Shown: positions 1-15,905 of the stretch, piece by piece
Layout of the letters: the number at the start of each line of letters is the position of its first letter
Numbering within the stretch: position 1 is the first letter of the stretch
Assembly: GCF_009914755.1 (NCBI RefSeq)
Contig: NC_060944.1
Reading direction: 5' to 3' (one strand)
Origin: the human T2T-CHM13v2.0 reference genome, Homo sapiens
Length of the DNA: 64,000 nucleotides
Notes under the pieces: model-generated
What the model was told of the DNA's origin: nothing
Databases searched by the model: none
Seen by the model: only the letters and a program-made list of their open reading frames with translations
Program-made: the position numbers and the translations under genes

Positions 1-679
1 CAACACTAAAACATCATAGAATCCCAAAGCAAACTCTTACTCTTCCTGGGCATCCCTAGTCCCTTATGGCAAAGGCCTGTGAGCATACTGAACTACAGAA
101 GCCAGTGCCCACCTGCCTTACAAAGAGCAGGACATTTCATCAGCCTCAGAATAGGCTATGCTACAACTTGAGCCTAATTCAAAGACATAAACTTTCTCCA
201 AAATTTACCGAAGCAAAACCCTTTCTCTGCATTTTAACATTATCTCCAATGTTCTCCCAAGTCGACCTTTCCTTAACTGTAACAATCTACTTTCCCTTAA
301 TAACCAGAACTCATCCACTTTTTTAAAGGATTTCTGTCCCTCCGTGCCATTAACCCATGTATTCTCCCTGGCCCCTCATTACCACAGCCTCATCGAAGTC
401 TGACATCTGTTACTGAAACTCTCATGTCGCACAGATCTGTATATACCTATGGACAAGGTGACCGCACATTTCAGTTTGCTGGGTCAGTCCTGGCTCCAGT
501 ATGTTGTTTCAGACAGTTATTCACAGTGCCCCCTTTTTTCTCAAAAGCATCTCAGTGTGAGTAGTAAGTTACATGTTGCCCTATCTATAGAGAAGAATAA
601 GTCTCTGTCCTCAATTTTCATAAAGAACTGTAAATATCCCCTAAGTATCCTCTAAGGTTGTTTAAAAAAGAGAATTAGA

Positions 680-989
680 GGCCAGGTGCAGTGACTCACG
701 CCTGTAATCCCAGCACTTTAAGAGACTGAGGTGGGCGGGTCACCTGAGGTCAGGAGTTTGAGACCAGCCTGGCCAACATGGTGAAACTCCATCTCTACAA
801 AAATACAAAAATTAGCCGGGCATGATGGCAGATGCCTGTAATCCCAGCTACTCAGGAGGCTGTGGTGGGAAAATCACTTGAACCCAGGAGGCAGAGGTTG
901 AAGTGAGCCTGAAATCACACCACTGCACTCCAGCCTGGGTGACACAGCAAGACTCCATCTCAAAAAATATATATATATTAAAAAAAAAA
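680..989 (+). mobile_element. Alu SINE (AluS-type, Sx/Sz-like)
   Basis: GGCCAGGTGCAGTGACTCACGCCTGTAATCCCAGC start, CACCTGAGGTCAGGAG, dimeric with middle A-rich linker and A/TA tail. Confidence 0.95.
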
Positions 990-1519
990 GGAGTTAGAAA
1001 GACACTTCTCCATCATAAAAATTCTAAGCTGAGAAGACAAAAAGATCAAAGGAAGAGAGTTAAGACTTGGTGGAGCCTGCAACTCCCAAGCACTTGTAGG
1101 ATACAGATTTCTGATCCTGGCTTTTAGCAGATAACAAAAACTGACTTGATTTTTGAGTGGAAGTGGTAGGAGGTGGTGAGTTACAGCCTGTTTCGTAGTT
1201 CAGCCTTTCTGGGATGTCTCCTGATGCCACACAGATGCTCCAGCTTTTGGTTCAAGAGAAATTAGAGTTAGATCCACTCCCCAGGAAAGTGAAAGCCTCA
1301 GCCTTTCTAGAACCATTGTCTGGTTTTGACTAGATCTCCAGGGCACAAAGGGGCTGCCAGTCCTGGCTATAGGAAGATGTCCTGCCTCTCCCAAGTGTCC
1401 CCAGGCTACACTGCTTGCTGGCTCTGCTCCACCTTATCCCTGGCACCTCCAGAGCCTGAGTTCTTTCCTGGGGTCCGGGCTGCTCTGCATAGACCCTTTG
1501 GGCCATTGCTGGGATGTCG

Positions 1520-1785
1520 GGTCTCAAACCTCTTCTCTACATCAGTGTTCCACAACATCCTTTGAGAGGCTCTGTGATAAAGTCCCTGAAAAAAATGCAC
1601 TTTCAAAACCTGCCTTTTGGAGATTGACAGTGCATAATCACTTATAAAATGTTCCAGGAAGAACTACAACAAAGAAGCATGTTAAATGTTTACCTCAGTG
1701 TTCCCTGTATTTTTCACTATAGAATCCCCTCATGTTTTCTGTACGCCTAATATCCCCCAATATTATGCTTCGGGAAATTCCACTC
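1520..1785. mobile_element. Degenerate hAT-Charlie non-autonomous DNA transposon (MER113/MER20B/MER119-like)
   Basis: Recalled similarity of the ...GAAGCATGTTAAATGTTTACCTCAGTGTTCCC...GGGAAATT segment to this class. Confidence 0.4.
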
Positions 1786-2738
1786 TGGTTTCTCTCTCTT
1801 CTGTTAAGTTTGGTTAAAATAGAATCACTCTCCAGCTGCTAAGGTGGTTTCTAGGCTCTTATGAGATCAGAGGTCTCTTAACCTTTTATTCGAAGTCAGC
1901 GTTTATTGCAAAAGGCCACTGGCCTGATGCTGAACAGCATCTTTCCCTGGCATTTATCAGTGTCACGGCAGCTGTCCCCAACAGCCAGATTCCCTATATC
2001 TTCCTTTTTCCGGCATATTTGAGTTGGTGGTAGGCTAAGACCTAAGACAGAAAAATCACCCCTCCAGAGTGGAGCAAGCACTTGGGGCATGGTGATGAGA
2101 GAAGTCAGTTGTGAAAGCAAAAGGGATTTATAGAGTAGAGGCAGCCTGGGATAGGAGGTAGGGGTGGTGGGAACGATGCATGAGCCTCATGCGGTGACAA
2201 GTAAAGACTTTTGATTGTTTTTTGTTTGTTTGTTTTGGGGTTTGTTTTTATTACTTACACCCTAGTCATGTAGCTGTGTGGTGCTTTTATTCCAGAAACC
2301 AGACTTAAGCAAAAGGGCTCCAGCAACCTAAAGGAGTGGAGAGAATGTGTACCCTGAGAATGGAAATGGCCACAGCTGACTAAGCCCAGTAAAGCAAGAC
2401 TTAGTCACTAGAGGCAAGATGAGAACCCAGTAAGGGAATAGAACAGACCCTGCGGCCAAGTGCTGGCCTCTGAATCATTGAGCTAGTGCTGTAGGGCTTC
2501 CTGAATCCTACTAAAATGGGACAAGGACTGACCCAGGGCCTGAGACAAGGATGGCCCTAAAGTAAAGTCACTAGTGTCATCTTTGAGAATTAAGAACTTG
2601 CAATGGCATAAAGAGACTGTGATGTTAAAGCCTGCACTTCTTTCTAGAAAAGCTAACAAAATCTTATTATCCCTCTGAGATACAGACTCTCAGTTCATCC
2701 TCAATACTAAGAAGGGGTCACCCTTCATTCTATAAGGG

Positions 2739-3213
2739 GATATTAGTTATCTGTTGCCACAATAATGCCGCATAAGAGACAGCCACTGAATCTCAGTGGC
2801 ATTCTGCAACAAGCATCTATTTCGCTCATGCATGTGGGGTCAGCTGGGGTCAGCTAGGCAGCTCTGCTGATCTTGGCAGGGCTTGCTGTGGGGCTGGGGC
2901 TGGGGCTGGGGCTGGCTGGCTGTCAGCCGGTAAAGGCTGGCCTTGGCTGGGACACCTGGACAACGAGATCTGTTTTGTTCAGAGCTCCTTGGGGTCTAGG
3001 CTCAAAAGTGCCACACTGTTTCTTCTGCAACAGTCTGTTGACTAAAGTAAGTCACACAGTGAAACCCAGATCAAAATGAAACCCAGATCACCAATTAAAT
3101 AGGTGAAAAAGACTCCACCTATTTAATGAAAGAAACTAAAAACTTATGTGGTGAAAAGTGTAGCTATGGAGAGAGGTGAAGAATCAGGGCTGTTAATGAA
3201 TCACATTATCACA
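2739..3213 (-). mobile_element. MaLR solo LTR (MLT1I/J/K-like)
   Basis: TATTAGTTATCTGTTGC...TCTCAGTGGC...CTCTGCTGATCTTGGC...AAGTCACA...ATCACA layout typical of MLT1. Confidence 0.75.
2890..2911 (+). repeat. (GGGGCT)3GGGG hexamer repeat, G-quadruplex motif
   Basis: Four G4 runs separated by CT, read directly. Confidence 0.9.
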
Positions 3214-4816
3214 GGGGTAACATGCCCAGTACCCCTTTGCTAATTCTGACACCTATTTTTAAAACTTAATCAGAGCCTTCCTTCTGTAGCTAGAGGTAAA
3301 GTGAATGAGTGACTACTTGGGCAACTCTATTTACTTATGTGGCATAAATAATGCAGAGCTAGGTTTAACCAGGGTGACTATGAAATAGTTTAGGAGAGAC
3401 ATTCTGCCAGGTGGGCGTTCTCGCTAGTCTTTCAGACCCATCTGGGGAACCAGAGGGAAAAGGCTGGTGCTTCTCCAGCACATACCCAATAAATGTCATC
3501 TACCATCTGAGAAGCACAGTCATGCATGCACTTCATTTTAGCATCAAAATTCTATGAGGATGCCAGAGCCCTGAGAGAGATCTCCATTTCCTCCTGAGGC
3601 TGTGAGAGCTAAGGCACCTCCCAGGTTCACTCTGCAGAAAAGGCAGTGCCCAGACAGGACCTGCTCCCCTGCCCTTCACCCTTGGCTACCTCTGTTGCCC
3701 GGCCCCAGCTGCCTCTGGCAGCCTGCAGATACTGGTCCCTGAAGCATCCTTGGCCACCCCATTCTAAGGGCAGCATGTGGACACTAGAGAACCCAGCCAA
3801 GCCATTTTCAGGAGGCAATGCCTCCTTTTTCTCTGACAGTTTGGACAGCAGATTCTCACACAGCCAGGCCACAGCTGGAATTCCACTGGCTGAGATAACA
3901 GCTTTAGGAGCTGGACAAATGTGTGATGGAAGACCTTGCTTGTCTTCAGGAGGCACTTATTTTGTTCCTACTTGTTTTTCTGCCAGCTCCTCGGGCAATT
4001 GTTATGACTACTTTGGTGCATTTCCAAGAGATGCTAGTAACACTCCAAAGGCAAGAAACCAGAAAGGAAGTGAAATGCAATAATGCAGCAGTTGCTGTGA
4101 TAGAGGACACAGGGAGATGCCATTCAGCACCCTGCTCCAGCTGCAGAAACTGTGACACATCACCACTTATACCCCAGGAGGAGAAAGCCCAAGAATGAGA
4201 AAATCTGGGCAGCAAATAAAAATGTCACCACACTGTCTCAATGGCCTGTAAAGAGGGGCAGAGTGAGGAAGTCAGGCTGAGAGAATCACTGGGGAAGGCT
4301 TGCAATAGTGACAGCCTGCTCTTGCCACCCACAGATGTTTCTCTCCAAACTGTTTTGAGGCATAACGACATACACGGGGCCCCTTGCTAATAAACAGATT
4401 GAGCACTAGAACATTGATTTCCTAAACCTCCTCTCTATTCATATGGTAACTTACTAAATAGGAAAACAAACATGTTCCTTGAAGAAGAATGTCTGGACTT
4501 TTCCATCACACATTCATATATATCGTCATTTAAATCTACTGGGTTTTCAGTGCTTGCAACGGATGGCACACATTCTCATTTCAGCAGGTCTGTTGAGAAT
4601 CAAATGTAAATTCCCAGTGGGAATTTGAAAATAAAATTATCTGTCAAAATATGTGGCTTGCGATACATCAATGAAAACAATACTCACAGCCATAGAGAAG
4701 ACAAAAAAGCCATAGGTACAGTGATAGTCACAAAAGGAGCCAGTGTTACCCCAAGACAACCCAGTAGAGCTGGAATCCAGGTCTCCAGACAAACTGGGAA
4801 AGGCTTATTGTAGAGG

Positions 4817-5025
4817 AGTGCTGTTCCATAGAACTTTCTGTGATCGTGGAAAAATTCAATATCTGTGCTGCCCAGTATGGTAGCCACTAGCCACATGCAG
4901 CCATTGAGCACCTGAAATGCAACCAGGGCAGCTAAGGACCTGAATTGTTACCTTTTTAAAATGTTCAATTAATTGAAATTTTAATAGCTGCATGCAGCTA
5001 GTGGCTACCGCATTGGACTGCACCA
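4817..5025 (+). mobile_element. MER3 (hAT-Charlie)
   Basis: GTGCTGTTCCATAGAACTTTCTGTGAT...GGTAGCCACTAGCCACATG...CTAGTGGCTACCGCATTGGAC with internal inverted repeats. Confidence 0.9.
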
Positions 5026-6249
5026 CTCTAGTGTCTTGCTTTTTCTACTAAATTGCATTTTGTTCTGTTGTGTTCACCAGTATTTCTGATGTCAACTTTA
5101 GCTACTTGGAGTGTTTGGCGGTGTTCCCATCCCCTGTGGCAGGGGCTCAGGAATGCAAGGTTGATGGAATGGTCCTCACTTTGGAGGCAGCCAGCCTGAG
5201 GGGACAAGCCTCAACATGGGAAAATTTGGGATCAAGTATGTGGGTGCCTAAAGGTCAAGGTATTTGGACTCCTGGTACAGATGTAAGAGAAAAGCTGAAA
5301 AGGAAGACTTCTTGATTTTTGGAGCCTGCCTTCTTTGGAATGTGTCCTTTACAGACAGAAAAATAAGCTGGCCTTTTGAAGAAAGAGGAAGGAGGCATTA
5401 AATGTGTTATCCTTACAGCCAGATGAGAGGAAAGAGAAATGAAGAGTGACTAGAAATTAGAGATGCTAGGCAAGGCATTTCAAAACCAAAACAGGAGGGG
5501 TCAGAAAAGCTGTTCTCTCCCATGACTTTCTACTCTGAGAGGAGTGACCCCCCAGCTTCAAGATGATTCTTGTGCAAATATGCTCAGTGTGTTTTTCATT
5601 AAGTATCAAAACAAAACAATGGAATTGTGGGAAAAACTTGGCCACTGCATGAGGTGAATTCTAGGGTTTGTGGGTCTATGTATTCAAGGGGGCCAGAAGC
5701 ACCATGTGAAGACCCTGTTGGATGGGAGGTCTGCAAAGACAATTCCTGTCACTTAATAAATACTCCATGAGGGGGGCATGTGTAGGAATGGGGACTGGGG
5801 AAAGAGAGCTGATGCACACCGGTGAAACAAGGACTCTAGGATGGGTCACCCACATTGTGATGGCATCCAGAGGACCCTAATCAATATCCTGTTTGAGGAT
5901 GCATTTGTGTGACAGCTGATGGCCTGAGGGGGCATAAACCCTATGATGATGACTAGGGAACAGGGCTTGAGGGAGAAACACGGGTAGAACTGGTATGTCT
6001 TGGGTCCTTATTCTTTCCCTCAGAACATTGCTGATTTCAACATGGCCCCAAGAAACACCCCAAAACACGTCCTGTCCATCTCAACCCAGTCACAAACTTC
6101 CTTAAGCAGTTTAGTCTCATGTCTAAACACACCAATATTTTATTTCTTAATAACTCCCTGAGTTTAGATTATGACTGAGCTCTCCTTCCAAGTCAGTGAA
6201 GAGAGGAGTTGACAACATTGGGTCTCCATTTGGGAAAAGAGAGACAATG

Positions 6250-6942
6250 TGTCGGGTTTCTACCTTTTCTCACAGTGAGAGTTTAGCCAACTGCAAAGTT
6301 AGAACAGTCCACACAAGGCCACCCTCACTTCTGACAGCAACTGTAAGTGTGGGTGGTTCCCCAAACAACCCTCAGTTTCAATAATTCACTAGAAGGACTC
6401 ACAGAACTCTGTTATACTCATGATTATGGTTTATTATAGGGGGAGGAAAGAGATTAAAATTAGCCAAGGGCAGGAGCTCATTGGGTGGAATCCAGGGACG
6501 TACTAAATGTGGAGCTTCCATTGTCCTCTCCCTGTGGAGCCAGGATGCATTACTGTTCCAGTATTGGTGCATGACAGTATGCAGAGTATTACCAGCTAGG
6601 GAAGCTCACTCAAGCCTTGAGTTTAGAGTTTTTATTGGGGCTCCATTACATAGTGATGGTTGACTGATTGATTGCCCATGTGTTTGAGTTCAGTCTCCAT
6701 GTCAATTGATACCTCATGACCCTAAGCTGCTATCCTAAATCACATGGCCAGTCCCTACTTTAAGACATGGCCAGCTCGACCATAAGTTGTACTATTAGAC
6801 TACCCACTGTGACCCAAGGCTTCCAGGCAAACCAAGACACTTCTTTCAGGAATATCATGTCAAGGCCTGAGGGCATAACTCCCAGAAGCCAACATCAAAG
6901 GCTAGATGTCTTTTGGGGCAAGGTTAAATTCTTTACTACATA
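6250..6942 (-). mobile_element. ERVL-class solo LTR (MER68/MER77-like)
   Basis: Right end reads GTAGTAAAGAATTTAACCTTGCCCCAAAAAG on the minus strand; internal CAGTTTCAATAATTCACTAGAAGGACTCACAGAACTC motif shared with the MER21 group. Confidence 0.75.
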
Positions 6943-6999
6943 CTCATAACAAGAAACTCAAGGTGGCTTGAAGACCTAACTATGAAAAAAATTAAAGCT

Positions 7000-7830
7000 C
7001 CATAATAAAATATGATGAAAGTTTTACAATCCTGGGGTGTAGATGTTATCTAAACATACGATTAAGCCTATAAACCATATAGGAGAAGATTGAATACAAA
7101 AAATATAAAACTTTTAAACTGAAAAGATACCACGAACAAAATGAAAAGATAATCAAAATTGGAGAATATATTCACATCATATTGAAGTCAACACATGGAC
7201 ATGAAAAGACAAATGGTGCATTAGAAAAGTGGACATAATCTATTAGGAACAGAAAAAAATTAAAAAAAAATAAATATACACTGTTGATGAGCATGTAGGT
7301 CAGTATAACCTTTTGGATCATTAAGAATTTTGGGTCATTAAACTTTTGGGTCATTTAGAGTCATTAAAATGTAAAATTAAAAATGACATTTTACCTCTAG
7401 GAATATGGTTTATAGAAATTGTGTACAAGCTCAGAAACGTATGTATGTGTGTCTGTGCGGCATTGTTTGCAATAAAGAGAGACAGGAAACACTCTAAATC
7501 TCCAGCCCATATAAAAAATGTTATGCTACACAAATAATGAGAGAAAACTCTACAAACTGATGTGAAAAGAAGTCCATAGGCATTCATTGAATACATAAGT
7601 TACAAAAGAATATTTATGGCCTGATTTTGGTTTTGTATATAAAAAGGATGTAAATATATATATAATCTATTCATGTATAATGATGAATACACACATATGT
7701 GTTACATCTACACACAGGAAAAACAAAGACTTTTAAGGTGTTACTCCAAGGTAGAAATGGAAGGATTAGCTTTCCTGTTTTATACTATGATTTCATTTGA
7801 ATTTGTTCCAGCAAGCACATGTGCGTGTGT
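7000..7830 (+). mobile_element. Old L1 (L1ME-like) 3' fragments
   Basis: A-rich degenerate L1 ORF2-end/3'UTR motifs (ATACACTGTTGATG, GCATTGTTTGCAATA). Confidence 0.55.
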
Positions 7831-7858
7831 GAATTTTGCAACCGTGTACACACGTGTA

Positions 7859-8466
7859 TGAACAGTGGTTTTGCAGTGTGTCACCTTGGCTGCACTGGAG
7901 CTGCTTCTTACAATCCCCTTCTCTTTAGGATTCTAAGGTAGAGTTGCTGAGAAAGAAGTTTGCAGGAGACATGGAGGGCAGAAGTAAATCAACAGCCTTT
8001 ATTGTCCGATAGCCGTTGTGGCCAGATCTAGTGACAAAGACAGAGAAAAAGGTGCTGGTGGATTCTACCTCATCCTAATTTCTCCCCTACTCAGCAACCA
8101 GGTCTTCTCAGCTCTGGCCCTGCTGACCAACAGCTGCCTTCCCCCTAATGTGGGGCTGCAATCTCACAGCAGCGGTGGCTATGAGCAGCCCTCCACAGCC
8201 TCTCCCTTCCCCTTTGCAACCCCACGCTGGCAGCTGGTGCATCTGGCCACCTCCCCACCTCCCCTGCAGACTCCAACTTGTCCTCCCATGCCAGTGCTTC
8301 AGAAGGGCTAGAGAGAGAATTTCCTCTGACCTCCCAACTCCCCTTTTTGGGCCTTTATTTTCCAAGCCCCTCCCACATTTGCGAAGGTTTAATGTCCATG
8401 TAAGTAGTCTCTCATTTCATAATAGTCATGGTGGTTCTGCTTTCCAATTGGATCTTGACGGATACA
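7859..8466 (+). mobile_element. ERVL-type solo LTR (LTR41/LTR52-like)
   Basis: TG...GTGGTTTTGCAGTGTGTCACCTTGGCT start and GTGGTTCTGCTTTCC...TGACGGATACA end. Confidence 0.55.
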
Positions 8467-8481
8467 TGTCCACATATTTTA

Positions 8482-8622
8482 GATATATATATATAAAATA
8501 TATATATCTCTCTAAAATATATATATTTTAATATAAAAATATATAAATCTAAAATATATATATAAAATAAAACATATATATATAAAATATATATATGTGT
8601 GTGTGTGTGTCTGTGTGTGTGT
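8482..8622. repeat. Imperfect (TA)n followed by (TG)n microsatellite
   Basis: Read directly. Confidence 0.95.
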
Positions 8623-9310
8623 GATGTATGATGTGAGGAAAGTTTTCTAATGGGAAAGCTGAGTTTCACTTTTCCCCTTTGAGACTCTCATGCCATCAGC
8701 CCTCAGGCCTAGGATGCACCCCTGTCACACTCTGGCCCACTTGGGAGCAAAACTCCCCTTCATCTTCGTCATCTCAGCATAGCTTAGATAGCCAGAGACA
8801 TGAAAAAATGCTAAACCCTAAGGGAAATCAGCAGAGTCCTCACAATATCAAAACAGGACAATTTCCAGAGCAGGCTGGGACTCCTCCCGAGCTAACTTGA
8901 TTTGGGGGATTCTTAGATTCCATCACACATCTTAGATGTGGATGTCACCCTTAAATTCTTTCCCTAAAAGTCCCTTCTGTAGACTTTTAGATCCAGTGAA
9001 TCCCAGTGGCAATGGGAATAAAAGTGAGGAAGAGGGAACAAGTATTTCAGCATTGCCTGCCATGTATTGGGTACTTAAACTGCAAACATCCTCTTACTTT
9101 TTTTTTAATTATACTTTAAGTTCTAGGGTACATGTGCACAGCGTGCAGGTTTGTTACATATATGTACATGTGCCGTGTTGGTTTGCTGCACCCATTAAGT
9201 CATCATTTACATTAGATATTTCTCCTAATGCTATCCCGCCCCACTCCCCCCACCCCACGACAGGCCCGGTGTGTGATGTTCCCCTTCCTCTGTCCAAGTG
9301 TTCTCATTGT

Positions 9311-13143
<3,833 letters not shown>

Positions 13144-13206
13144 TATGATGTTAGCTGGTTATTTTGCCCGTTAGTTGATGCAGTTTCTTCCTAGCATCGA
13201 TGATCT

Positions 13207-14229
13207 TTACAGTTTGGCATGTTTTTGCAGTGGCTGGTATCAGTTGTTCCTTTCCATGTTTAGAGCTTCCTTCAGGAGCTCTTGTAAGGCAGGCCTGGTG
13301 GTGACAAAATCTCTCAGCATTTGCTTGTCTGTAAAGGATTTTATTTCTCCTTCACTTATGAAGCTTAGTTTGGCTGGATATGAAATTCTGGGTTGAAAAT
13401 TCTTTTCTTTAAGAATGTTGAATATTGGCTCCCACTCTCTTCTGTCTTGTAGGGTTTCTGTAGAGAGATCTGCTGTTAGTCTGATGGGCTTCCCTTTGTG
13501 GGTAACCTGACTTTTCTTTCTGGCTGCTCTTAGCATTTTTTCCTTCATTTTGACCTTGGTGAATCTGACAATTATGTGGCTTGAGGTTGCTCTTCTCTAG
13601 GAGTGTCTTTGTGGTGTTCTGTGTCTTTCCTGAATTTGAATGTTGGCCTGCCTCACTAGGTTGGGGAACTTCTCCTGGATAATATCCTGAAGAGTGTTTC
13701 CAGCTTGGTTCCATTCTCCCCATCACTTTCATGTACACCAATCAAACTTAGATTTGGTCTTTTCACATAGTCCCATATTTCTTGGAGGCTTTGTTCATTT
13801 CTTTTTACTCTTTTTCCTCTATACTTCTCTTCTTGCTTCATTTCATTAATTTGATCTTCAATCACTGATACCCTTTCTTCCACTTGATTGAATCGCCTAC
13901 TGAAGCTTGTGCATGCGTCACGTAGTTTGTGCCATGGTTTTCAGCTCCATCAGGTCATTTAAGGTCTTCTATACACTGTTTATTCTAGTTAGCCATTCGT
14001 CTAATCTTTTTTCAAGGTTTTTAGCTTCCTTGCAATGGGTTCAAACAACCTCCTTTAGCTCAGAGAAGTTTGTTATTACTGACTTTCTGAAGCCTACTTC
14101 TGTCAACTCGTCAAAGTCATTCTCCATCCTCCTTTGTTTCATTGCTGGCGAGGAGCTGTGATCCTTTGGAGGAGAAGGGACACTCTGGTTTTTAGAATTT
14201 TCAGGTTTTCTGCTCTGGTTTCTCCCCAT
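13207..14229 (-). pseudogene. L1 ORF1 (RNA-binding/chaperone), disrupted
   Basis: MGRNQSRKPENSKNQS start, YVKRPNL, YPAKLSF motifs; premature stops at 14041 and 13240 plus a frameshift. Confidence 0.95.
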
Positions 14230-15261
14230 CTTTGTGGTTTTATCTACCTTTGGTCTTTGATGATGGTGACCTACAGAAGGGGTTTTGGTGTGGATGTCTT
14301 TTTTGTTGATGTTGATGCTATTTCTTTCTGTTTGTTAGTTTTCCTTCTAACAGTTAGATCCCTCAGCTGCAGGTCTGTTAGCGTTTGCTGGAGGTCCACT
14401 TCAGACCCTGTTTGCCTGGGTATCACCAGCAGAGGCTGTAGAACAGCAAATATTGCAGAACAGCAAATATTGCTGCCTGATCCTTCCTCTGGAAGCTTCA
14501 TCTCAGAGGGGCACGGGGCTGTATGAGTTGTCAGTCAGCCCCTCCTGGGAGGTGTCTCCACATTAGGCTATACAGGGATCAGGGACCCACTTGAGGAGGC
14601 AGTCTGTCCATTCTCAGAGCTCAAACACTGTGCTGGGAGAACCACTGCTCTCTTCAGAGCTGTCAGACAGGGATGTTTCAGTCTGTAGAAGTTTGCTGCC
14701 TTTTGTTCAGCTATGCCCTGCCCGGAGAGGTGTAGTCTAGAGGCAGGCAGGCCTCGTTGAGCTGTGGTGGGCTCCACCTAGTTCGAGCTTCCCGGCCACT
14801 TTGTTTACCTATTCAAGCCTCAGCAATGGCGGATGCCCCTCCCCCAGCCAGGCTTGGCACCTTGCAGTTCGATCTCGGACTAGCAGTGATCAAGGCTCCG
14901 TGGACATGGGACCCTCTGAGCCAGGCATGGGATATAATCTCCTGGTGTGCCATTTTGGTAAGACCATTGGAAAAGCGCAATGTTTAGGTGGCAGTGTCCT
15001 GATTTTCCTGGTACAGTCTGTCACAGTTTTCCTTGGCTAGGAAAGGGAAATCCCCCAACCCCTTGCGCTTCCCAGGTGAGGCGACGCCCCGCCCTGCTTT
15101 GTCTCGCCCTCTGTGGGCTGCACCCACTTTCCAACCAGTCCCAGTGAGATGAATCAGGTACCTCAGCTGGAAACGCAGAAATCACCCATCTTCTGCATCC
15201 ATCACAGTGGGAGCTGCAGACGGGAGCTGTTCCTATTTGGGCATCTTGGAACAGACCCCCT
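14230..15261. promoter_or_regulatory. L1 5'UTR (internal sense promoter on minus strand, antisense promoter firing on plus strand)
   Basis: Complete L1PA 5'UTR; promoter activity is established for the family but not shown for this copy. Confidence 0.7.
14826..15040 (+). pseudogene. L1 ORF0 remnant (frameshifted)
   Basis: MADAPPPARL, SDQGSVDMGPSEPGMGYNLLV and RPLEKRNV pieces match primate ORF0 (MAGAPPPASL...SVGVGPSEPGVGYSLVV...SEKRNI) in alternating frames. Confidence 0.8.
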
Positions 15262-15278
15262 CAAACATCCTCTTACTT

Positions 15279-15390
15279 AATCCTCACAACATCTTGTGTT
15301 CTAAGAAGAGAAAATGGAAGCTCAGAGATGTTACACAAATCTCCCAAAGTCACACAGCTGACCACTGAGTAGCAAGACCAGGACTCAAAG
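15279..15390 (-). mobile_element. MIR SINE, split by the L1PA insertion (other part ~9040-9099)
   Basis: TTAATCCTCACAAC...GAAGCTCAGAGATGTTA...CCCAAAGTCACACAGCT core continues across the TSD. Confidence 0.75.
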
Positions 15391-15469
15391 TAGTTAAGTT
15401 TGAATATTAGACATGGCTTGTACACATGATCTGGTCTTTGAGATGGATCCACTTCAGCTGCCTCCTGAA

Positions 15470-15905
15470 TTTGTCAGCTACTCTTGCACAAACCAACAAG
15501 CTCAAGATCTTCACGGCTCACAGCAACAAGCACTTATTTCTTTCTCATAGGTGTGTGGGTTGGCTATAGATTGGCTGTGGGTTGCCTGGGCCCAGTTGAG
15601 TCTAGGTGGCCTCAGGCTTGAGGTCTGGTCAAGGTCTGTTGTGTGTCTTCATTCTGGGGCTGGGACTGAAGGAGCAGTGACTACTCGGCCATGTTCTTCT
15701 CATGGTGGATGGTACGTGCTTAAGACGGCGAGTGGGAACTTTCCATGTTCTTAAAGCCCAAGCTCAGAACTGGCACACTGCCCCTTCTACCCATGTCTCT
15801 TTGGTCCATAGCAAATTGGCCTATAGTCAAGGAGGGGCAGAGAAGTACCCTCTTTCCACAGTGGGAAGGAAAGGGAATGAATATTTGTCAACATTCTTCC
15901 CAAAA
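15470..15905 (-). mobile_element. MaLR solo LTR (MLT1K/L-like)
   Basis: CAACAAGCACTTATTTC...GGCTGGGACTGAAGGAGCAG...GCTCAGAACTGGCACACTG...GGAATGAATATTTG. Confidence 0.75.

Noticed and set aside
3627-4215. Overlapping 89-145 aa ORFs in unique sequence
   Set aside because: ORFs occur on both strands, most have non-ATG starts, and there is no recognisable domain or convincing exon boundary; this is consistent with chance
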